A stretch of 64,000 nucleotides of DNA from NCBI RefSeq assembly GCF_964204645.1, contig NC_134035.1:682001-746000 (forward strand). Reading direction: 5' to 3'. Source of the DNA: Tubulanus polymorphus. Its lineage: Eukaryota > Animalia > Nemertea. The notes under the pieces are model-generated. The model saw nothing but the letters and a program-made list of their open reading frames with translations. It was not told the DNA's origin and did no database searches. Positions 1 to 11,622 of the stretch are shown here, piece by piece. The translations under genes and the position numbers were made by a program. Position 1 is the first letter of the stretch. The number at the start of each line of letters is the position of its first letter.

Positions 1-81
1 ATCATAACTTCGTTGTTTATGAAATATGCTGTGCACGCAGGGCCAGTTACTGAAAAATTACTCAAATTTTTTAAATTTCAG

Positions 82-3000
82 AGCGAAAACCGACTTGAAA
101 AATGAAACGGACCCGTTCAAGAAGAAAGTCCTCGACGGTCGACAGCTGGCTTTGAAAATTAGCGCTAATTCAGTGTACGGATTCACTGGCGCTCAAGTCG
201 GCAAATTACCCTGCCTGGAAATATCATCGGTAATTAGTAGACTTTAACGATGGCGTATCACTCTTAAAGTGTGAGCCTACCTGATTATAGAATATACTTG
301 CGAGTTTTATATTATTGCTGCCACTATCTATAAACATTAATTAGTGAAATCAAGTTGCTCAGGGGCCCCAACGAATGCTTGTAATACTAAAGGGCCACGG
401 ACCCCCATGAAATGCCTACAACACTACTTTCATCCATCGCTGTAGAAGTGGTTCGGATAAATCAAACCTTCAACTCGAGTTTTAAAGAGGTTGTTTTTTA
501 TGTAACTGTAGAGCGTTACTGCTTTCGGACGGCTGATGATCGACCAAACTAAAACATTAGTAGAAGAAACCTACACAATTGCCAATGGTTACAAGCACGA
601 TGCGCAGGTGAGTCTAATTTCCTGCAGAGAGTTTTCTATAGTTGGGGAAAAAGCAAGTCAAATAGAGCGGCCGCCCTGTAATATACATGATCAACAGTTT
701 GTTGTTAGTTTGTTAATTGTTGGCTCGTTATTTGTAGGTAATTTACGGCGACACAGATTCAGTGATGTGTAAATTCGGCGTCGATACCGTCGCCGAAGCG
801 ATGGAACTCGGTAAAGAAGCAGCCGATAAAATATCCGAAAAATTCGTTAAACCGATCAAACTGGAATTTGAAAAGGTAAAATCACCATTGATAGTAAACA
901 CTATGGATGGATCCAAGTTGCGACGATAATATAGCGAGAATCTCACAATGATAATGAAAAATAAAGTCCAAAATGTTTTCTAGAGCTACAGAGTGGAACC
1001 TCGTTACAGCGAACTTCACAGGACCAGTATGAAATTAATTGAATTTTCTTTTTTTTGACACAATTTCATATTTGTTATAGCCGATGAATCGTTGTATCTG
1101 AGTTCATTATAACGAGGTTCCACTGTATTAGTTTATTCGACGTTTCGACTTTATTCTAATAGTCATCTTCAGGAATACGGTATTCATTGAGCCAGTAGTT
1201 TATTCAACATTTTTACTTTATCCTCATAGTCATCTTCAGGAATACTAATGCTAGGTATGGGGTATATTTTTCCCCACTTTCGATCGAGTAATCGCGTTGT
1301 TCATCGGTGAATATCGTTTTAATTGTGAAACCGTTTTTTTGCGCACTGTTTAGGTTTACTTCCCGTACCTGCTGATCAACAAGAAGCGTTACGCCGGTTT
1401 ATATTTCACGCGACCCGACAAACACGACAAAATGGACTGCAAGGGAATCGAAACCGTTCGCAGAGACAACAGCCCCCTAGTGGCAGACCTTATAAACACG
1501 TGCTTGCAGAAGATACTAATCGATCGGTACAAAAAATCGAAATAAAAGCAATTGAGCTAATGTCTATTTCAACCTGACTTGAGAGCATTCCGGGTGGCCT
1601 AGCTCACTCACTTTTGGTAATACATACCTGATAAAGGTCTTAGTAGGACCAGAAAGGACAAGCAGACCTAAATCATAATTTTTTAATCCATTTGAAACTG
1701 TATTGAAGGATATCCAAAAAGTCTTCACTGAAAGGGGTTAAATGAAGAAAATAAGACTCCATGATTTGAAAGTTTAACAATATGTTTCCATGCCTACGTA
1801 CCAAACTTCACTTGGTAGGCATGGAGACATATTGTTAAACTTTCAAATCATGGAGTCTCTTTTCTTTCATGAACCCCTCTCAATGCAGACTTTTTGGATA
1901 TCCTTCAATACAGTTTAAAGTGGATTAAAAAACGATGTTTAAGGTCGACTGCCGGTCCTTTCTGGTCCTATTAAGACCTTTATCAGGTATGTACTAACAA
2001 AACTGAGTGAGCTAGGCCACCCGGAATTCTCTCAAGTCAGGTTGAAATAGACAATACCTCTGTATGTATGTATGGATTCTGATTGACAGTTTGTTCTATT
2101 TGAAGGGACCCAGACGGAGCGTGTGATTTCGCGAAACAGACTATATCCGATCTTCTGTGTAACAGGATCGACATTTCTCAACTCGTTATTACGAAAGAGT
2201 TGACGAAAACCGATGATGAGTATGCTGGTAAACAGGCACATGTTGAACTGGCTAACAGGTACGAACCACTCTTTCATGCAATCGCTCGTCTAGCGCTGTT
2301 AAAACGTCAGGGGCCGGTTGCTCAAAAGTTGGTTAGATAGAGTTAACCAGTGGAAAGTTGATATGGTGACAATTGAAATTTCATTGTTACTGTATTTAAC
2401 GGCAGGTTATCTTTAACCAACTTTTGAGCAACTTGCCCCAGATGTCTAGTCAGGTGGCCACTTATCTGGAATTCAGGAAAAAGTCAGGAAATAGTCGGTG
2501 GATAGTCGGGGAATTTGGTAAAAAAAAAGCTTAAGATCAGGGAAAAGTCAGGGGAATTTGTTGTGATAGTTAGATCTCTTGTATTTCCGTTTATGTTTTA
2601 CATATTTTGGTTGTGTTAATTGATTGGATTTTTAGCGGGTTTAGTCAGGAAAAAACAACTTACAGGGATGTCAGGGATTAGGAACAAAGCATATCCAATA
2701 AAAATGGCCACCTTGTTAGTGTTTGCAGTTCATTTACAATTAAAGATGTCTCTCAGGTGAAGTTCTGAACACATGTGTAGCATGGACGATCATTTTATAA
2801 AAAGTTTTATTTCTCCGAATGTTTTATATTTAGGATGCGTAAGCGCGATCCTGGTAACGCCCCGAAACTCGGGGATCGCGTCCCGTATGTTATAATAGCA
2901 GCAGCTAAAGGAACCGCGGCTTATATGAAATCAGAGGTTAGTCACATTCGCGCGATCAATGTTCACACAAATTCCCAAACTTTAAATCTTCACCTATTTC

Positions 3001-4500
3001 TAGATGTACAGTAGACTCCGCTCTAGTCAGACCGTAAAAATTTGTCCGATTTGAGAGTGATATCCGAGTTGGATATAATGTATTTCAAAGATAGTGACCA
3101 AAATTTTTCAACAAACCTTTGAGTTGAATGGTTATCTGCGAGTTGATAGGATGCGACTAGAACACGGAGTCTACTGATTGATGATTGGTAGATCCATGTC
3201 GATGCCGATCATGTCTCTCTCTTTGTTCATCTAGGATCCTATTTACGTTCTGGAGAACAATATACCCATCGATTGTCAGTACTATTTGGAGAATCAACTG
3301 TCGAAACCGCTACTCAGAATTTTTGAACCGATTTTAGGCGAGAAGAAAGCAGAGTCGGTCCTGTTGAGTAAGTAAAGAAAGCGTGCAGTAGGAATTGGGC
3401 TTATAGCTCGTAAGGGGTCATTCATTTATTCTGTACGCATTAGCGAAGGGGGGAGAAATTGTGTTCTGTAATGCTTGATGTATATGAAAAAATGGCTGAT
3501 TTTGTGTACACGGAGAGAGAATATTTGAATAATGCAAATTTTATGCGTACATAATAAGTGAATGATTTCGAAGTTGAAAATTCAATATAAAGATTTTCAA
3601 AGAATTTTGCCATTTTGAAATGAATGATAATTGAAATCGTTAAAAGACTTACCACCGGAATCTAATTTCATATCAAGATACAGTTGGAAATATCTCTGCT
3701 GATATTTTAATTAGGGGGCCTATAACATTTGAAATAATGAGCTAATTTTAGCTCTTGATTCAAACTTAACCGTGATTTGGATCCAGATTCGTTTGTCTTT
3801 CAGAGGGTGACCACACGAGAACTAAGACAGTGATCACGTCTAAAGTCGGCGGACTGATGGCGTTCGCTAAAGTTTGCAGTACTTGTATATCGTGTAAAAC
3901 AGTGCTGAAATCTGACAGTCGCGCAGCCGTCTGCGACAACTGTAAACCGAAAGAGTCGAGTATCTATCAACGCGAGATCCATTCTCTCGGTTTATTAGAG
4001 GAGAAATTCAGTCGTTTGTGGACTCAGTGTCAGCGCTGTCAGGGCAGTTTACACGAGGATATCTTATGCACAAGGTGAGATACGTTGTGAAATACGTTAT
4101 AGTACACGTACAATGTATGGACTGCTTCACACCGTTTCAAGAGTAATTACAGTCAAACCCACATTCGGATCATAGAATTCATGCAGTTTATGATCAAGAA
4201 GTCCGGGCTGAAAATCATATTTTAGCTAGAAAGATTGATACCTTGTTTCTCATAACATTTGGAATTTATTTGATATTCTATTGCAGTGGTTCTTAGAGAT
4301 TAGTTTATGTTACTTCACTTGAAAGATTTGAGTCAAAATGAGCCTTCTCTACTTGTTTTTGCCGATTGATAATTAATTTGGACAATTTGTTATTATTTTT
4401 CAGTCGAGATTGCCCGATTTTCTACATGCGAAAGAAAGTTCAAAAGGATCTGACCGATCAGAATAAATTAATCGATCGATTCGGTGCTCCGACGTGGTGA
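82..4500 (+). CDS. POLD1: DNA polymerase delta catalytic subunit, 3' part (gene starts upstream of the window)
   Basis: GT-AG exons 82-229, 512-607, 738-875, 1354-1526, 2106-2258, 2834-2936, 3235-3367, 3804-4074 and 4404-4500 splice in frame. PolB motifs: [45 protein letters not shown]-terminal CysA/CysB clusters (CISC..CDNC; [29 protein letters not shown]). TGA at 4498-4500. Confidence 0.97.
989..1125. mobile_element. Tc1/mariner (pogo/Tigger-like) MITE in a POLD1 intron
   Basis: TIRs AGTGGAACCTCGTTA / TAACGAGGTTCCACT with flanking TA. Confidence 0.7.
1131..1245 (-). ncRNA. Tandem Penelope-type minimal hammerhead ribozyme motif (one intact core, one decayed)
   Basis: Minus strand of 1131-1178 reads UAUUC-CUGAAGA-UGACU(auuagaauaa)AGUC-GAAA-CG-UC-GAAUA: stem I UAUUC/GAAUA, core CUGANGA and GAAA, stem II GACU/AGUC. 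The second copy (1198-1245) has GAAA changed to AAAA. Confidence 0.65.
1562..2052. mobile_element. Foldback MITE, ~490-bp near-perfect hairpin with a 3-bp AAT target-site duplication
   Basis: Left arm GTCTATTTCAACCTGACTTGAGAG...CCATGCCTAC is the reverse complement of the right arm GTAGGCATGG...CTCTCAAGTCAGGTTGAAATAGAC. AAT at 1559-1561 and 2053-2055. Confidence 0.85.
2311..2438. mobile_element. PIF/Harbinger-like MITE with CWG TSD
   Basis: TIR GGGCCGGTTGCTCAAAAGTTGGTTA / TAACCAACTTTTGAGCAACTTGCCC, with CAG on both flanks. Confidence 0.75.
2451..2715. mobile_element. Non-autonomous DNA element with CAGG(G)TGGCCA termini and internal TCAGGGAA repeats (hAT-like)
   Basis: CAGGTGGCCA...TGGCCACCTTG. 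Related sequences start near 24964 and 26985. Confidence 0.5.
3010..3176. mobile_element. Tigger-like MITE (CAGTAGACTCCG...CGGAGTCTACTG)
   Basis: Terminal inverted repeat. Same family as the element at 20231-20368. Confidence 0.65.
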
Positions 4501-5518
4501 ACGAAATAGCCGGCAATAGAAACCCCCACCAACCTGCATTTTTATCTCTTTTGCATTTTTCTACGGACTAAAGTCATTTTGGGAAAAGTTCGGTGTAAAA
4601 GTATCTGAAATACTGTAACTATTTGTTCCTACTGCTGATGCATTCAGGATTTTTCCCTAAATAAATTGAATCGTACAATTTAATTTTCGATTTTGTTTTT
4701 CATAATTTGAGTGGATGCTCTGTTATTGATAAAGCTCATTTGACCGTCGGTGGACAACAGCCAGGCGTGGATTTAAGAGGTAGAGTCCGGACCTCTGCCT
4801 TCTCATCGAGGTTGCGCCCCTTTTTGTCAAGACAGAGATAGTTGAAACTTCACCCAGTCCTGTATTTGTTGTATCGACAGAGATCCTAACCTGCAAAACC
4901 TCCGAAATATACTGGTTCCATAAACAAAACGACAAACAATGAGCACTTTATAAACATCATCGATGGTAATTATAGAATACAGTCATTTATATCGACATCG
5001 AGGTCGATTATATGTAAAATTATGAGGTGATTAGGAATCGTTAAACTATCTCCCATTCGTCATTATATCAACGAAATTATTACGGGTGGTGCACATATAT
5101 TGCTGTACAGTACTTGAGGTCATAAAAAACAACTCATATTTTACAGTACATTTGTCTATTTACTCGAATTCATGTATGTAGGTTTTCTTGCTGTAGATGA
5201 AGTATTTCATATTAGTAGATTGATAAATCGTCTTCGCCGACCACCCGCATAATTCTTGTCAAATCGAAAATAAACACTGGTTTATTGCGTGGACGGATAG
5301 AGGACCAGGGTTCTTACGTCACGTATGTACCGGTCTCCGAAACACCGGTGATTCAACCCACGATTTGACGAACAAATGATGATGGTGATTATCGAACCAA
5401 TTGATGATTGCATACATTAATAATGGGGTATAATTATAACCGTTGTTAGATCTGTTGTTTTCGGTTAAATATTTGTTCCCATCGTCATTTAGATATATGG
5501 ACTATAAGGGCCTACACT

Positions 5519-8500
5519 ATGGCGGCGTTAAGGATGGAACAAGTTTTAGCTTTCGTGCTTTTTGTTATAAGTCAAGTAAGTATATAGTATTAAACTGATA
5601 GCGTTAAAACATTGACCGTTCATTATTATATCCTCAACAACTGTTTTAATCGCCTCTCTTATTTCTCAAGTCATGGGGTAAATCTATGGACGAACTTATT
5701 CGCGATGCGGCTGAAACCAGTAAGTTTATTCTTGCATGGAAAATTCATGTATATAATTGTTAAAGATGCTTCTTGCGACGCGTCCTATGCAGAATTGAAA
5801 TGGTGAAAAGCTACTTGGGCAAGTTGCATAGTCATGGCTTAGACCAGTCTATGACCAACTAAGTTCTGTAGCCAATCTAACAACAACAACAAGACCAATC
5901 GAGATTTAAGACCACTTTTAGACTTTAGTCGGGACTGTGCAACTGGCCCACTTGGCCTTTTTGAAAATGAATATTATTGACGCGTTTATTTTTTCAGGTG
6001 CAGCGATGGACTTCGTGCAAGATAACAAGACCGTTTTAGTGGAATACGATATTTTGTACACGAAAGAGCAATGGCTGGCGCGCCAACGAGAGTACGTATC
6101 CAATATCAAGATTTTCAAAGAATTTTGCCATTTTGAAATTAATGATAATTGAAATCGCTAAGTGACTATTAGTCGAACCCTGGGTACAGCACTTTCGTTT
6201 AAAGAAACAACTTTTTTTTCTTACTGAAAACTATTTCGTTGAATGGTGATCAGTTCTGTACTGAACGCCAGAACATGGCGACAGGTTTGACCGAAACTTT
6301 TTTTTCAAAATCGTATTTCTAATTTTTCTTTTCATCGCTTTAAATACAAATCACGTACTTTTCAATACGCGTTTTAATCTTGTTCCTTTTTGTTTTTGAT
6401 TGTAGAATCGGCAATAACCCTCCCGATACTGGACACAGGCAGAAGCGAAATGCTATATACAACAAGCGATGGACCGGAAACCAAGTTCCTTACGTCATCT
6501 CTAATGTATTTTGTGAGTATAACATTGAAGTCCTGTTTTTTATCTTGCATCCGAAACTTCTTTTCTCTAAGATTTAATGCGTCAAATAGGTAAATATCCT
6601 ATTACGATCTTTGCGTACTGATTATGATAACTTATTAAGGGTTAGGCCTACTTTTATATACTTTGATAATATTTGCTGAATCACCATCCATTGGTGCCGG
6701 GGCTTTGTTGAAAGATATAGCATGGACACTCTCTAAAACGAAAATATGGTTGTAGTAATCCTCTGAATGATCATTCAAATACTCCATAAGAGCAGGGAGG
6801 TGGGAGTGATGAGAGGGACCATAGGAACATGCTAAGATCGAAAGTGTATTGTTTTAAAGTATGATAATACGTATTTTGTAGCTTCGAGTGAATTACAACA
6901 TGTTCGGGCTGCTATGAACGATTATCATCGGTATACGTGTCTAAGATTTCGACCGGCGGGAAGAGGTGATCGTAACCGGATTGTTCTACAAAACGGCGGT
7001 GGATGTTCATCATACGTCGGCATGGCTGGTGGAAGTCAACCGGTGTCGTTAGCGCGTGGCTGTCGCCGTGTGAGTATAGGCGACCCCCCTGCTCAGCTAC
7101 CGAAAGAATGTCTTAATCGTTTTCTTGAAGGAATGTACTCACGACAAAGCGGGCGAACAGTACCACATAATCGGTACCATATCGTCTTATTTTTGGCCAA
7201 ACAATATGCCGTATAGTTACCCTATCAGAGATTAGTCGGCGGTTTAACATTAACGTTTTTATGAAACCCCTCCTAGAACAAATCCTGGATCTGCGTCTGA
7301 GTATACCATACATTAGACTCCGTTTGCCTCGGATCTCGGTGGACTCTCTCCATGGGCGGCAGATCTAGAGGCTTATTTTTAAGAACAATTGCCGCGCCCA
7401 ATAAGGCACTTTTGTCGCATCCAAAAAGGCACTATTGTCGCATCCAAAAAGGCACTTTGATGTCCAAAAAGGGCTATATTATGTGTCCTGCCTCGCTTAA
7501 GAACCTGTTATATCCCAAAAGGTACTTTCATGTCTATAAAATCTTCATACCGGTATTATACTAGACGCGCACCAATTTTCTCTGTTGACCGAAGTTGTTA
7601 GATTGGCTATATAGAACCAAAACAAGTCTAATACCAAAATGAGTCTTATACCAAAATGAGTCGTAATTACCACTGCACTTTCTATGTTTTGATTCAAATT
7701 TGTATTTTCTAGAAAGGAATTGTCATTCACGAGTTGGGACACGCAATTGGATTCCATCACGAGCAGACAAGACCGGATCGCGATCGATACGTGACGATCA
7801 TCCGTCGTAATATACCGCCGCATTTATACTACAACTTTCAGAAAAACACGTGGAATACGATCAAAAACTACAACGTACCCTACGATTACCTCAGTGTCAT
7901 GCATTACGGCGAAACGGTAATTATATCCGTCCCACCGACCCATCATATTGGACTCTGCCACCCGAAGGGAATGTGGTGCAAATTTCACACCAGTAAAGTT
8001 GATTCCTTGTTCTCAATTCGGTTGCTTATTCACAGAAATGTGTGGGATCGAAAGTTTTCAAGATTGAAAACCTCTTAACCCGCTGCTGACACCAAAATCG
8101 AAAGTCGGAGCTTGTTTATTCGGGCTATTCAATTCCACGATATTTGGTTTTGGTAAAGAGTGTACAGTCGTCACTAAGTTGCTCCCATCTCTAGATTGGT
8201 CTCGAGAAAGTTTCGACTCATTGTGTCTTGCATGTGTAATTCTAGTTTTCTGTACGTTGTAGGCATTTACGATGAACGGCAGGCGGACGATCATAGCGAA
8301 AAATTCGCAGTACCAGCGACAAATGGGAAACAGACCCGGTTTTAGTTTCCGCGATGTCAAATTGCTGAATCTGATGTACAAGTGTAACAGTGAGTCGTCT
8401 GTAACAAATCTATTGAGAACTGTGTATAAAAACGTAAGGCGTAGTCATCCCTAAAAATGATACAATATCTTCATCGCTTTTCAGCGCGTTGCACCCGGAA

Positions 8501-9992
8501 AACTTGCGAAGGGGAAGGATTTCAAGGTAAAGATTGCAAATGTTGGTGTCCTGGAAATCCTGTGAAGGAATGCGGTACTGGAGGGACGATCACTGGAACC
8601 GGTGGAGGAACTGGGACCGGAGGAGGAACTGGGACCGGTGGAGGAACCGGAACAGGTGGAGGAACCGGAACAGGTGGAGGAACCGGAACAGGTGGGACAG
8701 GAGGTATGTAGTTATGTAAGAAAGCGTCCTATGAACGTAATATGTTCATATTATGATAACAATTTCTTTCTTAAATTTTCTACGTACGTGTACAGAAATT
8801 TCCTATAAATGATTTTTTTCTCCGAGTTTCTGCGTCTTCTTTCTCGCAAAACCTAGAACCCCCACCATACAACTATACGCACCTTTGGCGTGTGAACCTT
8901 AGATCATGCAGTTCCACGTCGAACCCTCCTCCCTGCAAAGATATGACTAGCTATAGGCCTGGAGATTGTTATGAAAATCTTGCCACGATTTCATCTGTAT
9001 GTGAGAAATAATTACGAAGAAAAGTCGGCGTAAAAGCTAGTAATATGAAATAACTTTTTTGTGAGAAAAAAGTCGTCAGTTTTTTTGCCTATTTACTTAA
9101 CTCCCCAGGACGCCACATAATTCCGATTCTGTATTGACTGTCTGTAGAAAGTCGCAGAGAAGTCGGCGAAAAAAAATAGGAAATACGAAATAAACTTTCG
9201 GTGAAAGAATATAAACTCCCCCGCTCACTTTTCTACAGGATGCCACAAAATTAGCATTTTGCACCAAAAAGAAATATTCTTACATATCCTTAAATAAATA
9301 TATGTTGTGTTGTGTTTTTGAAACAATAGGTACATGTGCCGATAAGAATAAAGATTGTAGCGCGTGGAAGTTACGAGGTTTTTGTAGCAGTGGACGATAC
9401 GTTCCGTTTATGAGATTGAATTGTAAAAGATCGTGTGGTTTGTGCGGAGGTACTACAACAACTACTCAAACACGTAAGCGCAACAACCTTCAGGCATCCG
9501 CTTTGATCGCTTGGAGTTATCTGGATCCAGTTCAACAGTTCTGAGTCAAATTTTACTCTAGAGTTAAAACATTGTAAATGAACTAATTCTAACTTAGAGT
9601 TAACTCTAACTCACAACTGTGGAACTGGATCCTGAGTTCAGAGTTAACTCCAACTTACAACTGTGGAACTGGATCCTGAGTTCAGAGTTAACTCTAACTC
9701 ACATACGTGGAACCGGGCCCAGACTGGTAATCAGACTGATTACTCCAAGATCTGATCACACCGCAACATCCTCACTTTAGTTTAACCGAAAATTCGTTAA
9801 GAAACTTTTTTTCTGAATTCGCTATTCAGCTCATCATTCTGTATGAAACATAAAACAACGAATGACTTAATTTCTGTTATAGGATGTGTCGACATGTCGC
9901 GGAATTGTCGGTATTGGGCTGGACGTGGCGAGTGTAGGCGCAACCCGAACTACATGCATCACTACTGTAAACGATCATGTAGGAGATGTTAG
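5519..9992 (+). CDS. Secreted astacin (M12A) metalloprotease with Cys-rich module, Gly/Thr linker and two ShK domains
   Basis: Exons 5519-5575 ([19 protein letters not shown], signal-like), 5671-5719, 5998-6091, 6406-6512 (RQKR/NAI activation site), 6882-7069, 7713-7916 ([19 protein letters not shown]; Met-turn SVMHY), 8263-8389, 8485-8703 (Cys-rich plus GTGGGT repeats), 9330-9473 (Sh[10 protein letters not shown]...C...[10 protein letters not shown]), 9883-9992 (second ShK, TAG). The first two exons are less certain. Confidence 0.92.
5817..5950. mobile_element. Harbinger-like MITE, family B (astacin intron)
   Basis: GGGCAAGTTGCATAGTC...GACTGTGCAACTGGCCC. Homologous to 53064-53198 and a partial copy near 57304. 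Confidence 0.65.
9524..9719. mobile_element. Harbinger-like MITE, family C, with two extra tandem copies of its right end
   Basis: GATCCAGTTCAACAG...CTGTGGAACTGGATC, then two repeats of AGTTCAGAGTTAACTC..GTGGAAC. An inverted homolog lies at 58785-58893. Confidence 0.65.
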
Positions 9993-10581
9993 TCGCTGAA
10001 GTAATGGCGACGACGTCGGTAAATTTACTGTAAATCAGTGATTCATTTGATATGGCAATATTTGTAAAATACTTAAGCGTCTAAACTTCAAGCGTCTAAA
10101 CTTCAAAGACAAATATAACTTGGATGATGATCGGTTAGCGCGAAAATGTATTTCTTTTTCTGAACTTTTTGCGTCGGAGAGTGAAATGCGCGCAAGTGAA
10201 ATACGATCGCTGTAATAATTGACAGGTTTCGACGCTTTTGTTTTTGGGTCCACGACGTGAAGTTGAAAATGGGATACTTTATAATTGTGTGTTAAAATAT
10301 TCCACATAAAAAAATCTAGAAAATTAAGAGAAACTTCGTAAAATCGAGATGCTATTGCCCGGTGAAAAAAACGTTGTAGATTGGATAGAGTTGGGAGCTC
10401 TTTTTTTAAACATTACGATCGGTTTAATTTCTTTTTTAGCACGAATTTAACACACATGTATTTTGTAATACACACAAACAACACGTTTTTATAGAATAAT
10501 CTCATGAAAATCACTTCATCCATAACTACATGTATAGGATAGAACTGGTGATAATATATGACATCATCTAATCACGATATT

Positions 10582-11622
10582 CTACCATTCGGAATCGGTG
10601 GCAGTCGTCGCGCAATGGTGCATAACTCTGTCCCCGGTTTGGTTTTGAGCCGAAAGATTCTTCAGCCACCGTCTGATACGTTTGTCCTTTTCGTATCTGG
10701 TTTCCGTGTAAACGGAATCGTATATCTCTCGGTTTTTGCAGGCGGTTTCGGCGACCGAAGCCGCCGCTGCTGTTGTCTGCTGATTCCCGGTGCCAGTTGC
10801 GTCCTCGCCGGCGACGATGCCGGCGCTCGTGTCGTCCGTACTCTCCACGGAAGGTGACGTGCTTATCGACAGACTACGATACGGCGACTTCATCAACGAC
10901 TGCGGGCTCAGGAGATTCCCGGCCTTCGACTTGTCCCCGTAAATCGTCGATTGGTCGTAGGCGGTTAAGTTTGAGCAAGACTTTACTCCGCGACGAGGTA
11001 AATAGTATCGACTCTTTCCGTTGGTCGAAGGGTCGAACGCGTTGGCCGTGCATAAATGGCGTATATCCAAACCGTGATAGGCCCGTAGATCCGGTAAACT
11101 GAATCGCAGATTCTCGATTACATCCGCGAATTTACTGCCGGACATCGACAAATTACTGACGCTTTGACCGACGAGAACTTGAGCGCTGTCGAAACTACCT
11201 AAACTCGAACAGCTCCGTCCGAGCATCCGAGGACTGCCGCCGCGTCGTTCACTGAGATATTGACTCCAAGTGAGGTTTTTATCGACGGGCGACGAGGAAT
11301 CGAACTGCCACGGGCCAACGGCGGCGGCTGCGTCATCGTACCCGTCTAAATCCAACGATTTGAACGTCTTGCGACTGCGGAAACACGGGGAACAGTACGC
11401 GTCCAGACGCCGGTCTTTAGCGTTTACATTGCGCGGGTATCCGCGAATGTTCGTTGACAGAGCGCCGCCGCCGGTAGCGGTGGTATTCGCCAGTTTGTCG
11501 TCCGATTTCAGATCGGGTAGACTCCCGCGGAAACTGCCTCTTCGACACGTTCCATCGTGTAGCATAACAGGATGATCGCTATCATCCGTCGGGTTCAAGT
11601 AAATTGTCGGTTTGGTTTCCAT
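10582..11622 (-). CDS. Uncharacterized Ser-rich, probably disordered 346-aa protein
   Basis: Long ORF in GC-richer sequence. A splice acceptor at ~11701 and a donor at ~12789 suggest a 5' UTR intron. No recognizable domain; a short SLPDL motif occurs twice. Confidence 0.65.
   Translation of the reverse strand: METKPTIYLNPTDDSDHPVMLHDGTCRRGSFRGSLPDLKSDDKLANTTATGGGALSTNIRGYPRNVNAKDRRLDAYCSPCFRSRKTFKSLDLDGYDDAAAAVGPWQFDSSSPVDKNLTWSQYLSERRGGSPRMLGRSCSSLGSFDSAQVLVGQSVSNLSMSGSKFADVIENLRFSLPDLRAYHGLDIRHLCTANAFDPSTNGKSRYYLPRRGVKSCSNLTAYDQSTIYGDKSKAGNLLSPQSLMKSPYRSLSISTSPSVESTDDTSAGIVAGEDATGTGNQQTTAAAASVAETACKNREIYDSVYTETRYEKDKRIRRWLKNLSAQNQTGDRVMHHCATTATDSEW

Noticed and set aside
3585-6160. Shared ~55-bp AT-rich segment in POLD1 (3585-3642) and astacin (6103-6160) introns
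   Set aside because: Most likely a fragment of a dispersed repeat; no termini or structure to support more.
8534-8808. Alternative-frame ORFs (WRNR repeats, VEEPEQ repeats)
   Set aside because: Off-frame readings of the astacin Gly/Thr linker exon.
10558-11575. Three + strand ORFs
   Set aside because: Antisense shadows of the GC-richer 346-aa minus-strand ORF.
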